Shown here: positions 17,631-27,513 of the stretch, one piece after another
How the letters are laid out: the number at the start of each line of letters is the position of its first letter
Numbering within the stretch: the first letter of the stretch is position 1
Virus genome (UHGV): UHGV-0246887
Reading direction: 5' to 3' (one strand)
Origin: a virus
DNA: 44,763 nucleotides
The notes under the pieces: model-generated
What the model saw: the letters and a program-made list of their open reading frames with translations, nothing else
What the model was told of the DNA's origin: nothing
The model's database searches: none
Position numbers and translations under genes: made by a program

Positions 17631-20600
17631 CGATTATCTACGACGTCACGGGCCATAAAGGTGGCGGCGGAAAACAGCACACCCCACAGGAGACGCCAGA
17701 CAGCCTGCATTCGCTGGCTAAAATCCGCATCTTGCTCGCACTGGGCGAAGGGGAGTTCGAAAGTATTACCAGCGCCAGCGAATTGCGGCAGCGTGTATAC
17801 CTGGACGGCACGCCGATCCAGAACGCCGACCTGTCGGAAAACTTCCCCGGCGCGCGCGTGGAGTTCCGCCCAGGCACACAACACCAGGATGTGATCCACG
17901 GATTTTCAGCGGTGGAAAGTGAGCAATCTGTCGGCGTAAAACTGGAAAACGGCACGCCGTGGGTGCGCCAGATTAACGATACCAGTCTGGACGCTGTTCG
18001 CATTCGCATCGGCATTCCAGCCTTGTACACTAACGAAGATAATGGCGACCTGGTGGGCGGGCGCATCGACTATAAGATAGTTGTGTATACGGATAACGCC
18101 GACCCGCGTGAGTTCAGATTCGCCGCCGTTGGTAAAACAATGTCGCTATATGAGCGCGACCACCGCATCGAATTACCTCCGAACGTTAACACCGGCTGGC
18201 GCGTGGAGGTGCACCGCATAACGGCAGACTCCACATCGGCGAAAGTGGTTAATGATATCCAGGTGCAGTCCATCACTGAGATTATTGACGCCCGCCTGCG
18301 TTACCCGCTAACCGCGCTGTTGTTTGTGGAGTTCGACGCCAAAGCGTTCCAGAACATCCCTCGCGTGTCCATTAAGTGCAAAGGTCGCAAAGTTCTAATA
18401 CCGAACAACTACGACCCGATCAATCATACCTATTCCGGGGACTGGGACGGCACGTTTAAACGCGCATGGACGGATAACCCTGCGTGGCACTGGTACGATA
18501 TTTGCATTACTGAGCGCTTCGGCCTCGGTCGGCGTATCAAACCGCAGATGTTAAACCGATATGCGCTTTACCAGATTGCGCAGCGCTGCGATCAACTGGT
18601 AAGCGACGGCAACGGCGGGCAGGAAATCCGATTTAAGAATGATATGTACATCCAGTCTCAGACAGACGCCTGGACCGTGCTTAAGGATTTAGCAGCTATC
18701 TTTGCCGGTATGACCTGGTGGGGCAACCAGATGTTGAATATAGTAAGTGACCAGCCGGTCGCAGCGGTATCGCACACCATCACCAACGCCTCGGTCATTG
18801 ATGGTCGATTTGACTACGCGTCCGGTAGCCAGAAAACTCGGTATTCCACATTCGCGGTAGCATACGGCAACCCGAAGAACCACTATGAAGATGCCATTGC
18901 TACGGGGCAGCGTGTCGAACTGGTACGCCGCCATAAGATTAACCGTCTGGATATAACGGCGATCGGCTGTACGCGTGAGTCAGAAGCGCAACGACGTGGG
19001 CACTGGGCGCTAATCTCCAACCAGCTTGACCAGCAAGTTAGCTTTAAGGTTGGCATGGAGGGTCTTTTCTTTATTCCGGGTAGCGTAGTCGCGATCGCCG
19101 ATACAAACATTTCTGGCGGCTTCGAGACACGCGGCGGTCGCCTGTTGTCGGACCCAGGCACGCGTACCGTGCTTAACACAGACAGCGAAATCACGTTCCG
19201 CCCCGGTGATAAATTCCTGGTGCGCACCGATAGCGGTAATGTGGAGACTCGCGAGATCGCCAGCGTCAACGGCAACAAGGTTACGCTAAAAACCGCACTG
19301 GACGCCGACCCTATTCCAGACCAGCCGTTTTGCGTTGATGGCGACGATATCCAGTTGCAGAAGTTCCGCATCACCGACCTGGAATATGACGACTCTACCA
19401 GCACTTTTTCAGTGCGCGGGATTGAGTACAACGACAGCAAGTATGACGCCGTTGATAATGGCGCGCGCCTTGATCCTGGTATCTTTACGCAAGTTCCTGA
19501 CGGCGTAATGAAGGGGCCGGAATCCGTGACTATCACCCCGTCGCAGATTTCATCGCAAGGCCAGCTAATCACCAACGTGGATATTGTTTTCCCGCCGGTG
19601 AAGGATGCCGTTGTATATGAAATCCAGTGGCGACGCACCAGCTTGCAGAATATGGAAATCCAGTGGGGTAACGACTGGGTGAACATTCCCCGTACGGCTT
19701 CGAACGGTGCGCACATCCCGAACGTGTTTTCCGGCAACTACCAGGCCCGCGTCCGCGCGATCGGTATGGGCGAGATTTCCTCCCCGTGGGTGTCGTCTGC
19801 CATCACGCCGGTGGAAGGTCGTCTCGGCGGTCTTAACGCGCCTATCATCACCAACGCGATTTCGGGCCTTCACCAAATTTTGTGGAAGTGGAACCACAAC
19901 AACGCCGCTACGGATATTTCGTACACCGAGCTTGAAGTGCGTAAGACGGGCGAAACGGAATGGAAGTTCTTAACCAACGTCCCATATCCTGGGTCGGAGT
20001 ATGCGCAAACGTCGCTGGAGTTCGGCATCTATCAGCAGTTGCGCGCCCGTGTAGCGGATAAAATCGGCAACCTATCGGACTGGTCTGCCCCGTTTGAAGG
20101 GCAGGTGAGTGACAATGTTGACGAGTATATGAAGGGGCTTGATGACGAGTTCCTGACTTCCGAAGATGGTAAACGCTTCCAGGAAGCGATCGACACCATG
20201 CCGCAAGGCATTTATGAGGCTATGCTCACCGACGCGCAGCAATTGTTTAACGCCCGCGCCGAGTATAAAGGGATTTATGCGGAAATCACGGTGGCGTATA
20301 ACGTGGCGGCGGACGCGCATAAAGCCGTAGCGCAACTGGAAACGTTGATCGGCACGCGCCTTGATGACGCGGAAGCGGCGATCCACACGTTGCAGACGGC
20401 GCAGAGTACGCAGGAACAAGCGTTTGCCCAGTACCAACAAACTGTTGCCGCTAAGTTCGGGGAACAGGAAGCCGCCATCCAGCAGGTGCAAACGGCAACG
20501 GCAGACGTAGCTGGCGCGCTGGCGGAGTATAAGACCCAGGTAGCGGCACAGTTCGGTCAGCAGTCCGCCGCGATAGAGCAGAAGATGACGTCCTCGTTTA

Positions 20601-21073
20601 ACCACTCCGGTGGTAGCGCCACATACAGCCTTAAGGCTGGCGTGACGTATAACGGGACTTACTACGATGCCGGTATGCAGCTTTCCGTTGTGACGTCGGG
20701 CAGCGCGGTTAAATCGCGTATTTCGTTCAAAGCCGACCAGTTCTATATCATGCACCCATCTAATGGGTCGCTTTCGTCCGCGTTTATCGTTGACGGCGGG
20801 CAGGTGTATATTGACACGGCACGCATCAAGGATGCGTCAATCAACTTTGCGCAGATCACGGACACGCTGCAATCAAATAACTTCGCTTCAGGGTCACGCG
20901 GCTGGCGTATCCTGAAAGGCGGCGCTGCGGAGTTTAACGAAGTAACGGTCCGCGGCAACCTGTACGCCACATCGGGTAACTTCGGATTCTCTGGTGGTAC
21001 CGTGACGATCGACAAGACAGGCGTAAACGTGCCGTTACCTGGCGGGGGGAGGGTGAAAGTAGGGACGTGGTAA
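17627..21073 (+). CDS. Tail tip / host specificity protein J-like (central fiber)
   Basis: 1148 aa, lambda J-like size and position at the end of the tail operon. Confidence 0.8.
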   Translation: MTIIYDVTGHKGGGGKQHTPQETPDSLHSLAKIRILLALGEGEFESITSASELRQRVYLDGTPIQNADLSENFPGARVEFRPGTQHQDVIHGFSAVESEQSVGVKLENGTPWVRQINDTSLDAVRIRIGIPALYTNEDNGDLVGGRIDYKIVVYTDNADPREFRFAAVGKTMSLYERDHRIELPPNVNTGWRVEVHRITADSTSAKVVNDIQVQSITEIIDARLRYPLTALLFVEFDAKAFQNIPRVSIKCKGRKVLIPNNYDPINHTYSGDWDGTFKRAWTDNPAWHWYDICITERFGLGRRIKPQMLNRYALYQIAQRCDQLVSDGNGGQEIRFKNDMYIQSQTDAWTVLKDLAAIFAGMTWWGNQMLNIVSDQPVAAVSHTITNASVIDGRFDYASGSQKTRYSTFAVAYGNPKNHYEDAIATGQRVELVRRHKINRLDITAIGCTRESEAQRRGHWALISNQLDQQVSFKVGMEGLFFIPGSVVAIADTNISGGFETRGGRLLSDPGTRTVLNTDSEITFRPGDKFLVRTDSGNVETREIASVNGNKVTLKTALDADPIPDQPFCVDGDDIQLQKFRITDLEYDDSTSTFSVRGIEYNDSKYDAVDNGARLDPGIFTQVPDGVMKGPESVTITPSQISSQGQLITNVDIVFPPVKDAVVYEIQWRRTSLQNMEIQWGNDWVNIPRTASNGAHIPNVFSGNYQARVRAIGMGEISSPWVSSAITPVEGRLGGLNAPIITNAISGLHQILWKWNHNNAATDISYTELEVRKTGETEWKFLTNVPYPGSEYAQTSLEFGIYQQLRARVADKIGNLSDWSAPFEGQVSDNVDEYMKGLDDEFLTSEDGKRFQEAIDTMPQGIYEAMLTDAQQLFNARAEYKGIYAEITVAYNVAADAHKAVAQLETLIGTRLDDAEAAIHTLQTAQSTQEQAFAQYQQTVAAKFGEQEAAIQQVQTATADVAGALAEYKTQVAAQFGQQSAAIEQKMTSSFNHSGGSATYSLKAGVTYNGTYYDAGMQLSVVTSGSAVKSRISFKADQFYIMHPSNGSLSSAFIVDGGQVYIDTARIKDASINFAQITDTLQSNNFASGSRGWRILKGGAAEFNEVTVRGNLYATSGNFGFSGGTVTIDKTGVNVPLPGGGRVKVGTW

Positions 21074-21079
21074 ATGAGA

Positions 21080-21101
21080 AGGGGCCATCCGGCCCCTTTT
21101 T
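21080..21101. terminator. Bidirectional terminator between J-like gene and convergent minus-strand gene
   Basis: GGGGCC-atcc-GGCCCC followed by TTTTT. Confidence 0.65.
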
Positions 21102-22074
21102 AATACATATTCGGGATGACGAGTAGCGGGGTAGGTACGGCAATATTTTTACCTGGCATCTGGAATTGCCGCCGTGAGTAGTTGCCGATGACGCGGTTTT
21201 TAGCGACGCGCACATTATTACCCGCCATACGTATACCGTTCATGCGGACGTGGTTATAGCCCCCGTTGTTCTGAATCAGCGCGCCGGTGTATGAAAGCTG
21301 GATTAGGCTATTTCCGATATTTTGGTCGCCTGTGCCGATGTTAATCGTGCGGTCATATACGAACGGCTTGTTCACTGTCGAGAACGTGACCTGATTCTGG
21401 TTATTCGTCATGGTGATCCCGGCCCCTGGCGTTGGCGGTGTATTGTTGAATATTACCAGGTCCATGTCCACCGAAGCCGCCACATCGTCGATGCCTCCGT
21501 AGGACGCGTTGCGGACGATAATACTGCCACCATCGAAGCCTACTGATACGTTTCCGTCATCCCAGCGGGCGAACGGGACACCGCTAACAGGCAATGCCAT
21601 ACTCCCGTTGACGCGCACGCGCTTCGCGTATCTACAGGTCATCAGCTTAGACACGTTGGATATGGCGGTGAAGTCCGTCGAGTTAGCCACCAGTAAACCC
21701 GCGTTACGCGACCCAACCGGCAGCACTTCCATTATGACGCCCGCCCATTGTGGTAAACCGGAGTATGCGCCATACGCATCCTCACCGCGCAGGGTGATTC
21801 CACTATTACCGTTGCGAGTAACCGACGTGACGTAAAACGGATCTGGTATTACCAGGGTCTGGTCGAACACTTCAAACACCTCTACCGGGCGAGTGAGCGC
21901 GACGATGACCTGCGACCCATCCGTAAGCGGGGTATTAATGGTTAGTGTCTTGTTGGACTGTGCCCGCTGGTTAAAGCTGGTGCAGTATGACGGCGCGCGG
22001 AGTCCGGCGGTAATCTCCATTACCGGCCTTCCGTCGTTATAGTCGATAAGTATTCCAGCGCCCATTATTACCAC
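21100..22074 (-). CDS. Putative receptor-binding protein (encoded opposite to tail operon)
   Basis: 324 aa Gly/Asn/Thr-rich beta-type sequence; reverse orientation directly downstream of J and coupled to a lipoprotein gene, as in T5-like RBP/llp loci. Confidence 0.4.
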   Translation of the reverse strand: MVIMGAGILIDYNDGRPVMEITAGLRAPSYCTSFNQRAQSNKTLTINTPLTDGSQVIVALTRPVEVFEVFDQTLVIPDPFYVTSVTRNGNSGITLRGEDAYGAYSGLPQWAGVIMEVLPVGSRNAGLLVANSTDFTAISNVSKLMTCRYAKRVRVNGSMALPVSGVPFARWDDGNVSVGFDGGSIIVRNASYGGIDDVAASVDMDLVIFNNTPPTPGAGITMTNNQNQVTFSTVNKPFVYDRTINIGTGDQNIGNSLIQLSYTGALIQNNGGYNHVRMNGIRMAGNNVRVAKNRVIGNYSRRQFQMPGKNIAVPTPLLVIPNMY

Positions 22075-22289
22075 TCCCGTGATTTAACTGATACTGTGCC
22101 TGAGAAATTGCCGTCGCTATCTGAAGACAGCCCCGTGAATCGCATGTCCACATCTCCTGCCGGGACTTTTTGCCCATCAACGTAGCGCAACATGCAGCTA
22201 CCGTAAGCAACCGTAATGCAATCGCCGTTGTTGCGATCTGCGGCGCAACCGGACAAAAGAACCGCACAAATCATAATTAAAGTTTTCAT
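22068..22289 (-). CDS. Small outer-membrane lipoprotein, candidate superinfection-exclusion factor (Llp/Cor-like)
   Basis: MKTLIMICAVLLSGC signal peptide with lipobox; 73 aa; AGGGGA RBS; stop overlaps start of the RBP candidate. Confidence 0.55.
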   Translation of the reverse strand: MKTLIMICAVLLSGCAADRNNGDCITVAYGSCMLRYVDGQKVPAGDVDMRFTGLSSDSDGNFSGTVSVKSREW

Positions 22290-22369
22290 GGTATCATCCC
22301 CTATATTTGGTTGAGTTTTAGTATTGCACCGCCCAACCAAGAATGCAACCAATTTATGAGGATTCAGCT
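22290..22369. promoter_or_regulatory. Divergent control region with motif copies (TTTGGTTGAG, CCAACCAAG, TGCAACCAAT)
   Basis: Direct reading; lies between the divergent lipoprotein and tail-fiber genes. Confidence 0.4.
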
Positions 22370-24283
22370 ATGGCAGCGGGTACACTATCCGTAACGAATA
22401 ACAGCAAGGCGGTTGTCGGGGTAGGAACGACGTTTACCGCGTTTACAGCTGGCGACTTCTTAACGCTGGTGGTGGGTCAAGTCCCCTACACCGTAGCGAT
22501 CGCGTCCGTTGAAAGTGCAACCGCGCTAACGCTGGTGCTGCCGTTCGACGGCCCTACGGCAACCGGCCTAGCGTGGGATGGCGTTAAGCGCGACACCATG
22601 TCGCTGGCGACGATGGGCGTAACCGTCCAGGCACAGAAAGCGTTGCGCTTGATGATCGCAGATGAAAACAACTGGCGTGCAATCTTCGGCGACGCTGAAG
22701 AAATCACAGTGACGTTACCTAACGGGCAAGTTATGCAGGGCATGTCGTGGGGCTATTTGTCCTCCTTGCTGAAGGAAGTAGACCCCGTTGAGATGCGCAA
22801 CCTTCAACAACAGGCCGAGACGGCGAAAAACCAAGCTGTTACCGCTAAGGGGCAGGCAGAATCGGCGCGCGACGCAGCTAATACGGCGAAGACTGGGGCG
22901 GAGACGGCACGCGACGCCGCTAATACTGCGAAGACCGACGCGCAGACCGCAAAAGGCCAGGCCGAATCCGCGCGCGACGCCGCTAATACTGCGAAGACCG
23001 GAGCAGAGAACGCTCGCAACCAGGCGCAAGGCTACCGTGATGAGGCGGAAGGTTTTAAAAACCAGATTAACCCTGCACTATTCGTGCAGAAGTCCCAAAA
23101 CCTGAATGACGTTGCCGATAAAGCTGAGGCGCGCGCTAACTTGCAAGTTTTATTTGCGTCAAACTCTAACCTGGGGGATACCGACCTCAACACGCTCAAC
23201 AGCACGAAGGAAGGGCGTTATTACCAGACAACATCGGTGAACGCTACACCAGAGCGTAACTACCCGTTTCAGGAAGCCGGTTGTCTTACCGTGTTTAAAA
23301 CCGGCGGGGGTAGTGTCGAGGCGTGCGTCCAGGAATACACCACGTTTTCAAGCCTACGGCGCTTCGTCCGTTCGCTCGCTGGGGCGGTATGGACGGAGTG
23401 GAAGGAGATCTACCTGCAAGGGTCGTCCCCAACATACGAAAATATCGACTCGACAGGACGAGTTAGATCTGAAAAGGCATATCCAGCATTCGAGTGGGTG
23501 TCGACGAGAGTAGCCGACGATTTCATCGGTAAGCGAGTCAGCATTGAGAACGACACAGGCGTTAATATGTATATGTTCTTCATGCAGAAAGACAGAACCG
23601 CAAACAGACGTGTCGTAGCGTTCGCAAGGCCAAACTCTACTGTTTTCCACTTCGTAGGGTATAACGGCGGGCTACCTACAGGCGGCGACAGCGCCCCGTC
23701 GAATAACGTTAACTTTAACACGCAACCGCAAGGCTGGCGTAAGGTGTCCGGCGGCTGGCAAAATGCACCGCTAGCCGGTAACAATTACGGGACACTATTC
23801 ACGCAATGTATGCAGGGTGTCGCGCAAGGGGATTCGAAAGACAACGGTACATCTGGCTTGTGGTATTCACAGCGATATATTAATACAGAATCGCGGATGT
23901 TTATCCGAAATCAAACAAACAACGCAGCCTGGGGCGGGTGGTATGAATTAACTAAAACGGCAGTCTCGGATGAACGCCTGAAGAATGTAAAAGGGGATTT
24001 GAATGTTGAAGGTGCGCTCGATAACATCAACCGCATGGAATTTAAAATATTCTCGTTTAAGGATGAGAAGGCCGGTAAGGGGTATCGTCGCGGTGTTATC
24101 TCGCAGCAGATTCGCCAGATCGATAAAGAGTACACGAAGGAGATCGGCGGGTACTATCACCTCGACCAGACACCAATGCTACTGGACGCCCTAGCGGCAA
24201 TTAAGGCGTTGCGTGCGCGTGACGAGGCTAATAAAGCAGAGATTGCAGAACTGAAGGCGGCTATTGCCGAATTGAAGAAATAA
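22370..24283 (+). CDS. Tail fiber protein with C-terminal intramolecular chaperone (peptidase S74-like) domain
   Basis: Three tandem ARDAANTAKTxAx repeats; C-terminal SDERLKNVKG...coiled coil resembles auto-cleaving chaperone domains of phage fibers/endosialidases. Confidence 0.65.
   Translation: MAAGTLSVTNNSKAVVGVGTTFTAFTAGDFLTLVVGQVPYTVAIASVESATALTLVLPFDGPTATGLAWDGVKRDTMSLATMGVTVQAQKALRLMIADENNWRAIFGDAEEITVTLPNGQVMQGMSWGYLSSLLKEVDPVEMRNLQQQAETAKNQAVTAKGQAESARDAANTAKTGAETARDAANTAKTDAQTAKGQAESARDAANTAKTGAENARNQAQGYRDEAEGFKNQINPALFVQKSQNLNDVADKAEARANLQVLFASNSNLGDTDLNTLNSTKEGRYYQTTSVNATPERNYPFQEAGCLTVFKTGGGSVEACVQEYTTFSSLRRFVRSLAGAVWTEWKEIYLQGSSPTYENIDSTGRVRSEKAYPAFEWVSTRVADDFIGKRVSIENDTGVNMYMFFMQKDRTANRRVVAFARPNSTVFHFVGYNGGLPTGGDSAPSNNVNFNTQPQGWRKVSGGWQNAPLAGNNYGTLFTQCMQGVAQGDSKDNGTSGLWYSQRYINTESRMFIRNQTNNAAWGGWYELTKTAVSDERLKNVKGDLNVEGALDNINRMEFKIFSFKDEKAGKGYRRGVISQQIRQIDKEYTKEIGGYYHLDQTPMLLDALAAIKALRARDEANKAEIAELKAAIAELKK
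22800..23030 (+). repeat. Tandem ~39-nt coding repeats in the tail fiber gene
   Basis: Repeated gcgcgcgacgccgctaatactgcgaagac units; they generate repetitive ORFs in the other frames. Confidence 0.6.
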
Positions 24284-24287
24284 ATAG

Positions 24288-24311
24288 AAGGGGCCGTATG
24301 GCCCCTTTTTT
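24288..24311. terminator. Bidirectional terminator between tail fiber gene and minus-strand early operon end
   Basis: AGGGGCC-gtat-GGCCCCT followed by TTTTTT. Confidence 0.7.
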
Positions 24312-24885
24312 AGTTTGAGTTTTCCCAGTCCATTTTGCGCCGCACTAGCGGGCTTTCGTAATACTCCTTCCCATCCACTTCCACTAAGGGCCAGTCATTA
24401 ACAATGACGTAAGGCTCTGCGATATCCTCGATCACGCCGTGCGCGCTATGTTGTCCGAAATCTACGCCCACCAGGATAACCCCGGCAACGCGACGAGTGA
24501 GATACTCGCGAGCGCAACGGGCCTCGACCAGTCCTCGACGTATGCCGCTGGTGGCCTTAACCTCGTAGGTCCAGACGGCATCGATCACATGTTCTCGGAA
24601 GTCGGGGCCGGATTTTACCTTGCGCTTGCCGACCATGATAATATCGCCGCGGTCGATCGTGTTAGCGCTAAACAGGCCGGTACGCATTAGCAAACCTTGC
24701 GGGATACAGCTACGCCCGCCCGCCTGTCCTTCGAGGTACATGCCAGCAAACATCTCGCCCAGCACACCGACAAGACGGCTTTGCTTGCAAGCGTCGGACT
24801 TGTATCGCCACTGGTCAAACTCGATGCTGGCAATCATTGCTGCCAGGTGGAATTGTTTACCGGTTATTTCATATTCGCCGTACAT
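24310..24885 (-). CDS. Hypothetical protein, possible PD-(D/E)xK nuclease fold
   Basis: GDIIMVG...IDAVWTYEVKA resembles a D...ExK motif; last gene of the minus-strand operon. Confidence 0.35.
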   Translation of the reverse strand: MYGEYEITGKQFHLAAMIASIEFDQWRYKSDACKQSRLVGVLGEMFAGMYLEGQAGGRSCIPQGLLMRTGLFSANTIDRGDIIMVGKRKVKSGPDFREHVIDAVWTYEVKATSGIRRGLVEARCAREYLTRRVAGVILVGVDFGQHSAHGVIEDIAEPYVIVNDWPLVEVDGKEYYESPLVRRKMDWENSN

Positions 24886-24926
24886 TGTGTGGTCCTCATT
24901 GATGCGGGCCGAAGCCCGCGATTAAA

Positions 24927-25478
24927 TTATTTAAGTGCGCCAGTCACAAGTGTTTTTTCCATGTTACGGAAATCTTCCGGCGTCATGAGGATTTTAGACC
25001 CGTCCTCGCCAGTGAGCACGACCATAGGCTGGACGTCCTGATCTGCGATGCCGAAATTAGCGGCTTTAACCGTTTTACCGGGGGTAAATGCGTCTCCTGT
25101 TTTGACGGGCCAACCTTTGAGGCTATCGAATTGTGCTGCCGTTGTATCGATCTGAATCTCGTCATGCACGGTCATGTAAGACTCGCCCAGCAGGGCGGCA
25201 TACGCCACCAGGTCCACGATGTTATCTTCCTGGTGCTTACGGGTCTGGCGCACCAGCTTCAGGCAGATCAGGAAGGTCCAGGCTTCTTGCTCGGTAAGGT
25301 CGCGCCCGGTAAGCGCGTTAAACACGGCGGCGATCTGTCTAGCGCTGCGTTCCTCTTTCGCGTTGTCATAGCCGTTTTCTTTCCCGCGCTGTTCCATAGT
25401 GGTGGCGGCGTTTTTGCAGTATTCGTATGCTTTCACAGTATTACCCTTTTTAGTGAGGGGGCGGTATTGCCCCGACAC
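24927..25478 (-). CDS. Hypothetical protein (start uncertain)
   Basis: 183 aa ORF; alternative GTG start with AAAGGG RBS further in; no confident family assignment. Confidence 0.4.
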   Translation of the reverse strand: MSGQYRPLTKKGNTVKAYEYCKNAATTMEQRGKENGYDNAKEERSARQIAAVFNALTGRDLTEQEAWTFLICLKLVRQTRKHQEDNIVDLVAYAALLGESYMTVHDEIQIDTTAAQFDSLKGWPVKTGDAFTPGKTVKAANFGIADQDVQPMVVLTGEDGSKILMTPEDFRNMEKTLVTGALK

Positions 25479-25489
25479 GTTTACTATAG

Positions 25490-25511
25490 TGCAACCAATC
25501 TATTGGTTGCA
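25490..25511. promoter_or_regulatory. Palindromic motif pair TGCAACCAAT-cta-TTGGTTGCA
   Basis: Perfect inverted repeat of the recurrent motif in an intergenic gap. Confidence 0.5.
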
Positions 25512-25970
25512 AGTGAATTTTGCAACGTTTATTGCGTAAATTTTCGGGACCAAATCACCACACGCCCGACGAATCGCCGCGATGTTCTTCTCGCAATCTT
25601 CAATGATGACCAGTTCAGACACGTCCGCGTAGCAGACCATTTTGAACACAGCGCACGCCTTAAACTCTGGCGGCGGGGTGTCGTCCAGCGTGTGGCGCAT
25701 AAACAACCGGCCTACCGGGAAGACCTCCAATTGCTCGGCGGTGGTGTCCCAACATTCTCGCTGCCGGTTTGTCAGATACGCTATCTCGAAGCCTTGCTCT
25801 TTGTACATGCGCAGTAGCGGCAGCATATCCATGTTCAGATCTTCGCGGACGTGCGCTTTGTGCCACTTTGCCCAAAAGGTTGATTTCGTTTTTATCCCCG
25901 GCACCAGGTCGGCACGCGCATCGCTTGAACCGTTAATAACGCCATCCAAATCGCAAATCAGTAATTTCAT
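25500..25970 (-). CDS. HAD-family phosphatase (possible nucleotidase or polynucleotide 3'-phosphatase)
   Basis: N-terminal DLDGV (DxDG) motif, LTNRQ and IEDCEKN later motifs. Confidence 0.55.
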   Translation of the reverse strand: MKLLICDLDGVINGSSDARADLVPGIKTKSTFWAKWHKAHVREDLNMDMLPLLRMYKEQGFEIAYLTNRQRECWDTTAEQLEVFPVGRLFMRHTLDDTPPPEFKACAVFKMVCYADVSELVIIEDCEKNIAAIRRACGDLVPKIYAINVAKFTCNQ

Positions 25971-26200
25971 TTTAAGCTCTCAATAAGGGTTTCTCGGGCG
26001 CTTCGCGCAGTAAAGGAGTTGCATACGAAATGGCAACGCTGGGTCATGACAAGCCAACCGGTGAGATCAAGGCCCATGATGCGTCCGGGGTGGGACGCGC
26101 GCACCACATGATTGCGTCGCGGGTCGATGTTATAGTCTCTTTGCATTTGGTCTACTACCGCGGGGTCGCGGTCAACGATTAAGATATTCATGTAACTCAC
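25967..26200 (-). CDS. Hypothetical protein
   Basis: 77 aa ORF with overlapping start/stop to neighbours. Confidence 0.3.
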   Translation of the reverse strand: MSYMNILIVDRDPAVVDQMQRDYNIDPRRNHVVRASHPGRIMGLDLTGWLVMTQRCHFVCNSFTARSARETLIESLK

Positions 26201-26657
26201 TCTCGCTCATTATTTCAATTCGTGCGCTGCCGATTGGCGGCGCTTCGTCAAAGATTATCAATTGCTGGCACTTGTTATTGCTCGGCCCGACTTCACCGGT
26301 GACAGCGTGTATAAATCTAATCCGCCAGTCCAGCAGAATTATCAGGTTTGCAGTCTTCCTGGCCAGCTTCGCCCACTTCGTCGACGTGTCCTGATTCAGT
26401 AGCATGACCGTCCGGCGTCCGTGCGCTGCGCACTCTACCCACGGCAGCGGATCGGAATACGGCGGATTGCACCACTTCCACCCTTTCAACTCGGACCAGT
26501 CCACATCAAGCGCGCTGTGTTCCGCCGTGAAGTAACGCGGTAGCAGATGATTGGCGTCGCTTGCCGCCATATCGTAACGGAATCGGAACTTACGGCGCAG
26601 CGGTTTAAATAAAGCTGGCGGCGTGCGCCAGCTATCTTTTTGCTCACTCTTCTGCAT
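26172..26657 (-). CDS. DNA N6-adenine methyltransferase (phage Dam family)
   Basis: DSWRTPP...FRYDMAASDANH...WCNPPY motifs. Confidence 0.7.
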   Translation of the reverse strand: MQKSEQKDSWRTPPALFKPLRRKFRFRYDMAASDANHLLPRYFTAEHSALDVDWSELKGWKWCNPPYSDPLPWVECAAHGRRTVMLLNQDTSTKWAKLARKTANLIILLDWRIRFIHAVTGEVGPSNNKCQQLIIFDEAPPIGSARIEIMSESELHEYLNR

Positions 26658-27108
26658 GACCTGGATCTATCGCGTATAAAGGGACTTTATTGCCGGTTTT
26701 CATAACGCGCTGGACGCGCTTTGACTCCTCGGCGCTCATTGGGCGCATATCAGTGCTATAACCACCGTTTGATGTATGCCGCCACGCTATCAACACCAGA
26801 TCTTTCCGGTCGATCTTAGACTGGCGGCCCTTCGGTCGCACGTACGCCTCGGCCCGTTTGCAATGCTCGCGCAGACCTTCGGCAGTAATGCGGTTTAGCG
26901 CGACGGTGGTTGTGTACCCGGTGCGCTGCATAATACCCATCAACTCATACAGCAGTTCGAAGCGCTCCTCTAACTCCTTGCGCATCTTTTCCTCGCCTTC
27001 ATAGCTCGCCAGGTAGGTATCCGCCAGCGCGTTCGCCCGTTTGACCTGTTCGCGGGCTTCGAGGCATTGCGCGGCCCAGTAATTTTTCTCTTCTTGTAAA
27101 ATTTTCAT
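26644..27108 (-). CDS. Hypothetical protein
   Basis: 154 aa ORF, coiled-coil-like N-terminus; no family assigned. Confidence 0.4.
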   Translation of the reverse strand: MKILQEEKNYWAAQCLEAREQVKRANALADTYLASYEGEEKMRKELEERFELLYELMGIMQRTGYTTTVALNRITAEGLREHCKRAEAYVRPKGRQSKIDRKDLVLIAWRHTSNGGYSTDMRPMSAEESKRVQRVMKTGNKVPLYAIDPGHAEE

Positions 27109-27126
27109 CGTGTTGTCTCCAGGTAT

Positions 27127-27156
27127 TAAAAAAGGCGTCCAAACCGGACACCCTTA
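27127..27156 (-). terminator. Possible terminator/attenuator (minus strand)
   Basis: Minus strand GGTGTCC-ggttt-GGACGCC followed by TTTTTT. Confidence 0.4.
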
Positions 27157-27159
27157 AGA

Positions 27160-27190
27160 TAATGCAACCAATATGATTATGCAACCAATT
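27160..27190. promoter_or_regulatory. Two direct ATGCAACCAAT motif copies
   Basis: Direct reading; intergenic. Confidence 0.5.
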
Positions 27191-27513
27191 TACGAATAAA
27201 AATTTGGGTCGCGTGCAACGTCTACTAGATACAGGTTACTCATGCGATTGCCGTAGTGCCCCGGTGTGCGCTGGCGGCACACAACGGCGAAGCCTGGTGG
27301 AATTGTATTGCCCGTCTCGATAATCCACGCCACGCGTGCGCCAGACAGCGTCTTGCCGTTGTATTCGATGCGCGTGCCACCATCGGCAGTGTTAAGGTTG
27401 CCAATCTTACAGCCTGTGGACTTCAGGCGAATGACACCGGTCTTGCTGTCGTAGGAAAAAAGCTGATTGGTCATTGCCACTGAAAAGTCGATTGCGTCGA
27501 ATGCAGTATTCAT
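27190..27513 (-). CDS. HNH-like homing-endonuclease-family protein, probably degenerate
   Basis: ARVAWIIETGNTIPPGFAV and NLYLV resemble HNH_3/AP2-type HEG proteins but the His-Asn catalytic core is not evident. Confidence 0.4.
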   Translation of the reverse strand: MNTAFDAIDFSVAMTNQLFSYDSKTGVIRLKSTGCKIGNLNTADGGTRIEYNGKTLSGARVAWIIETGNTIPPGFAVVCRQRTPGHYGNRMSNLYLVDVARDPNFYS

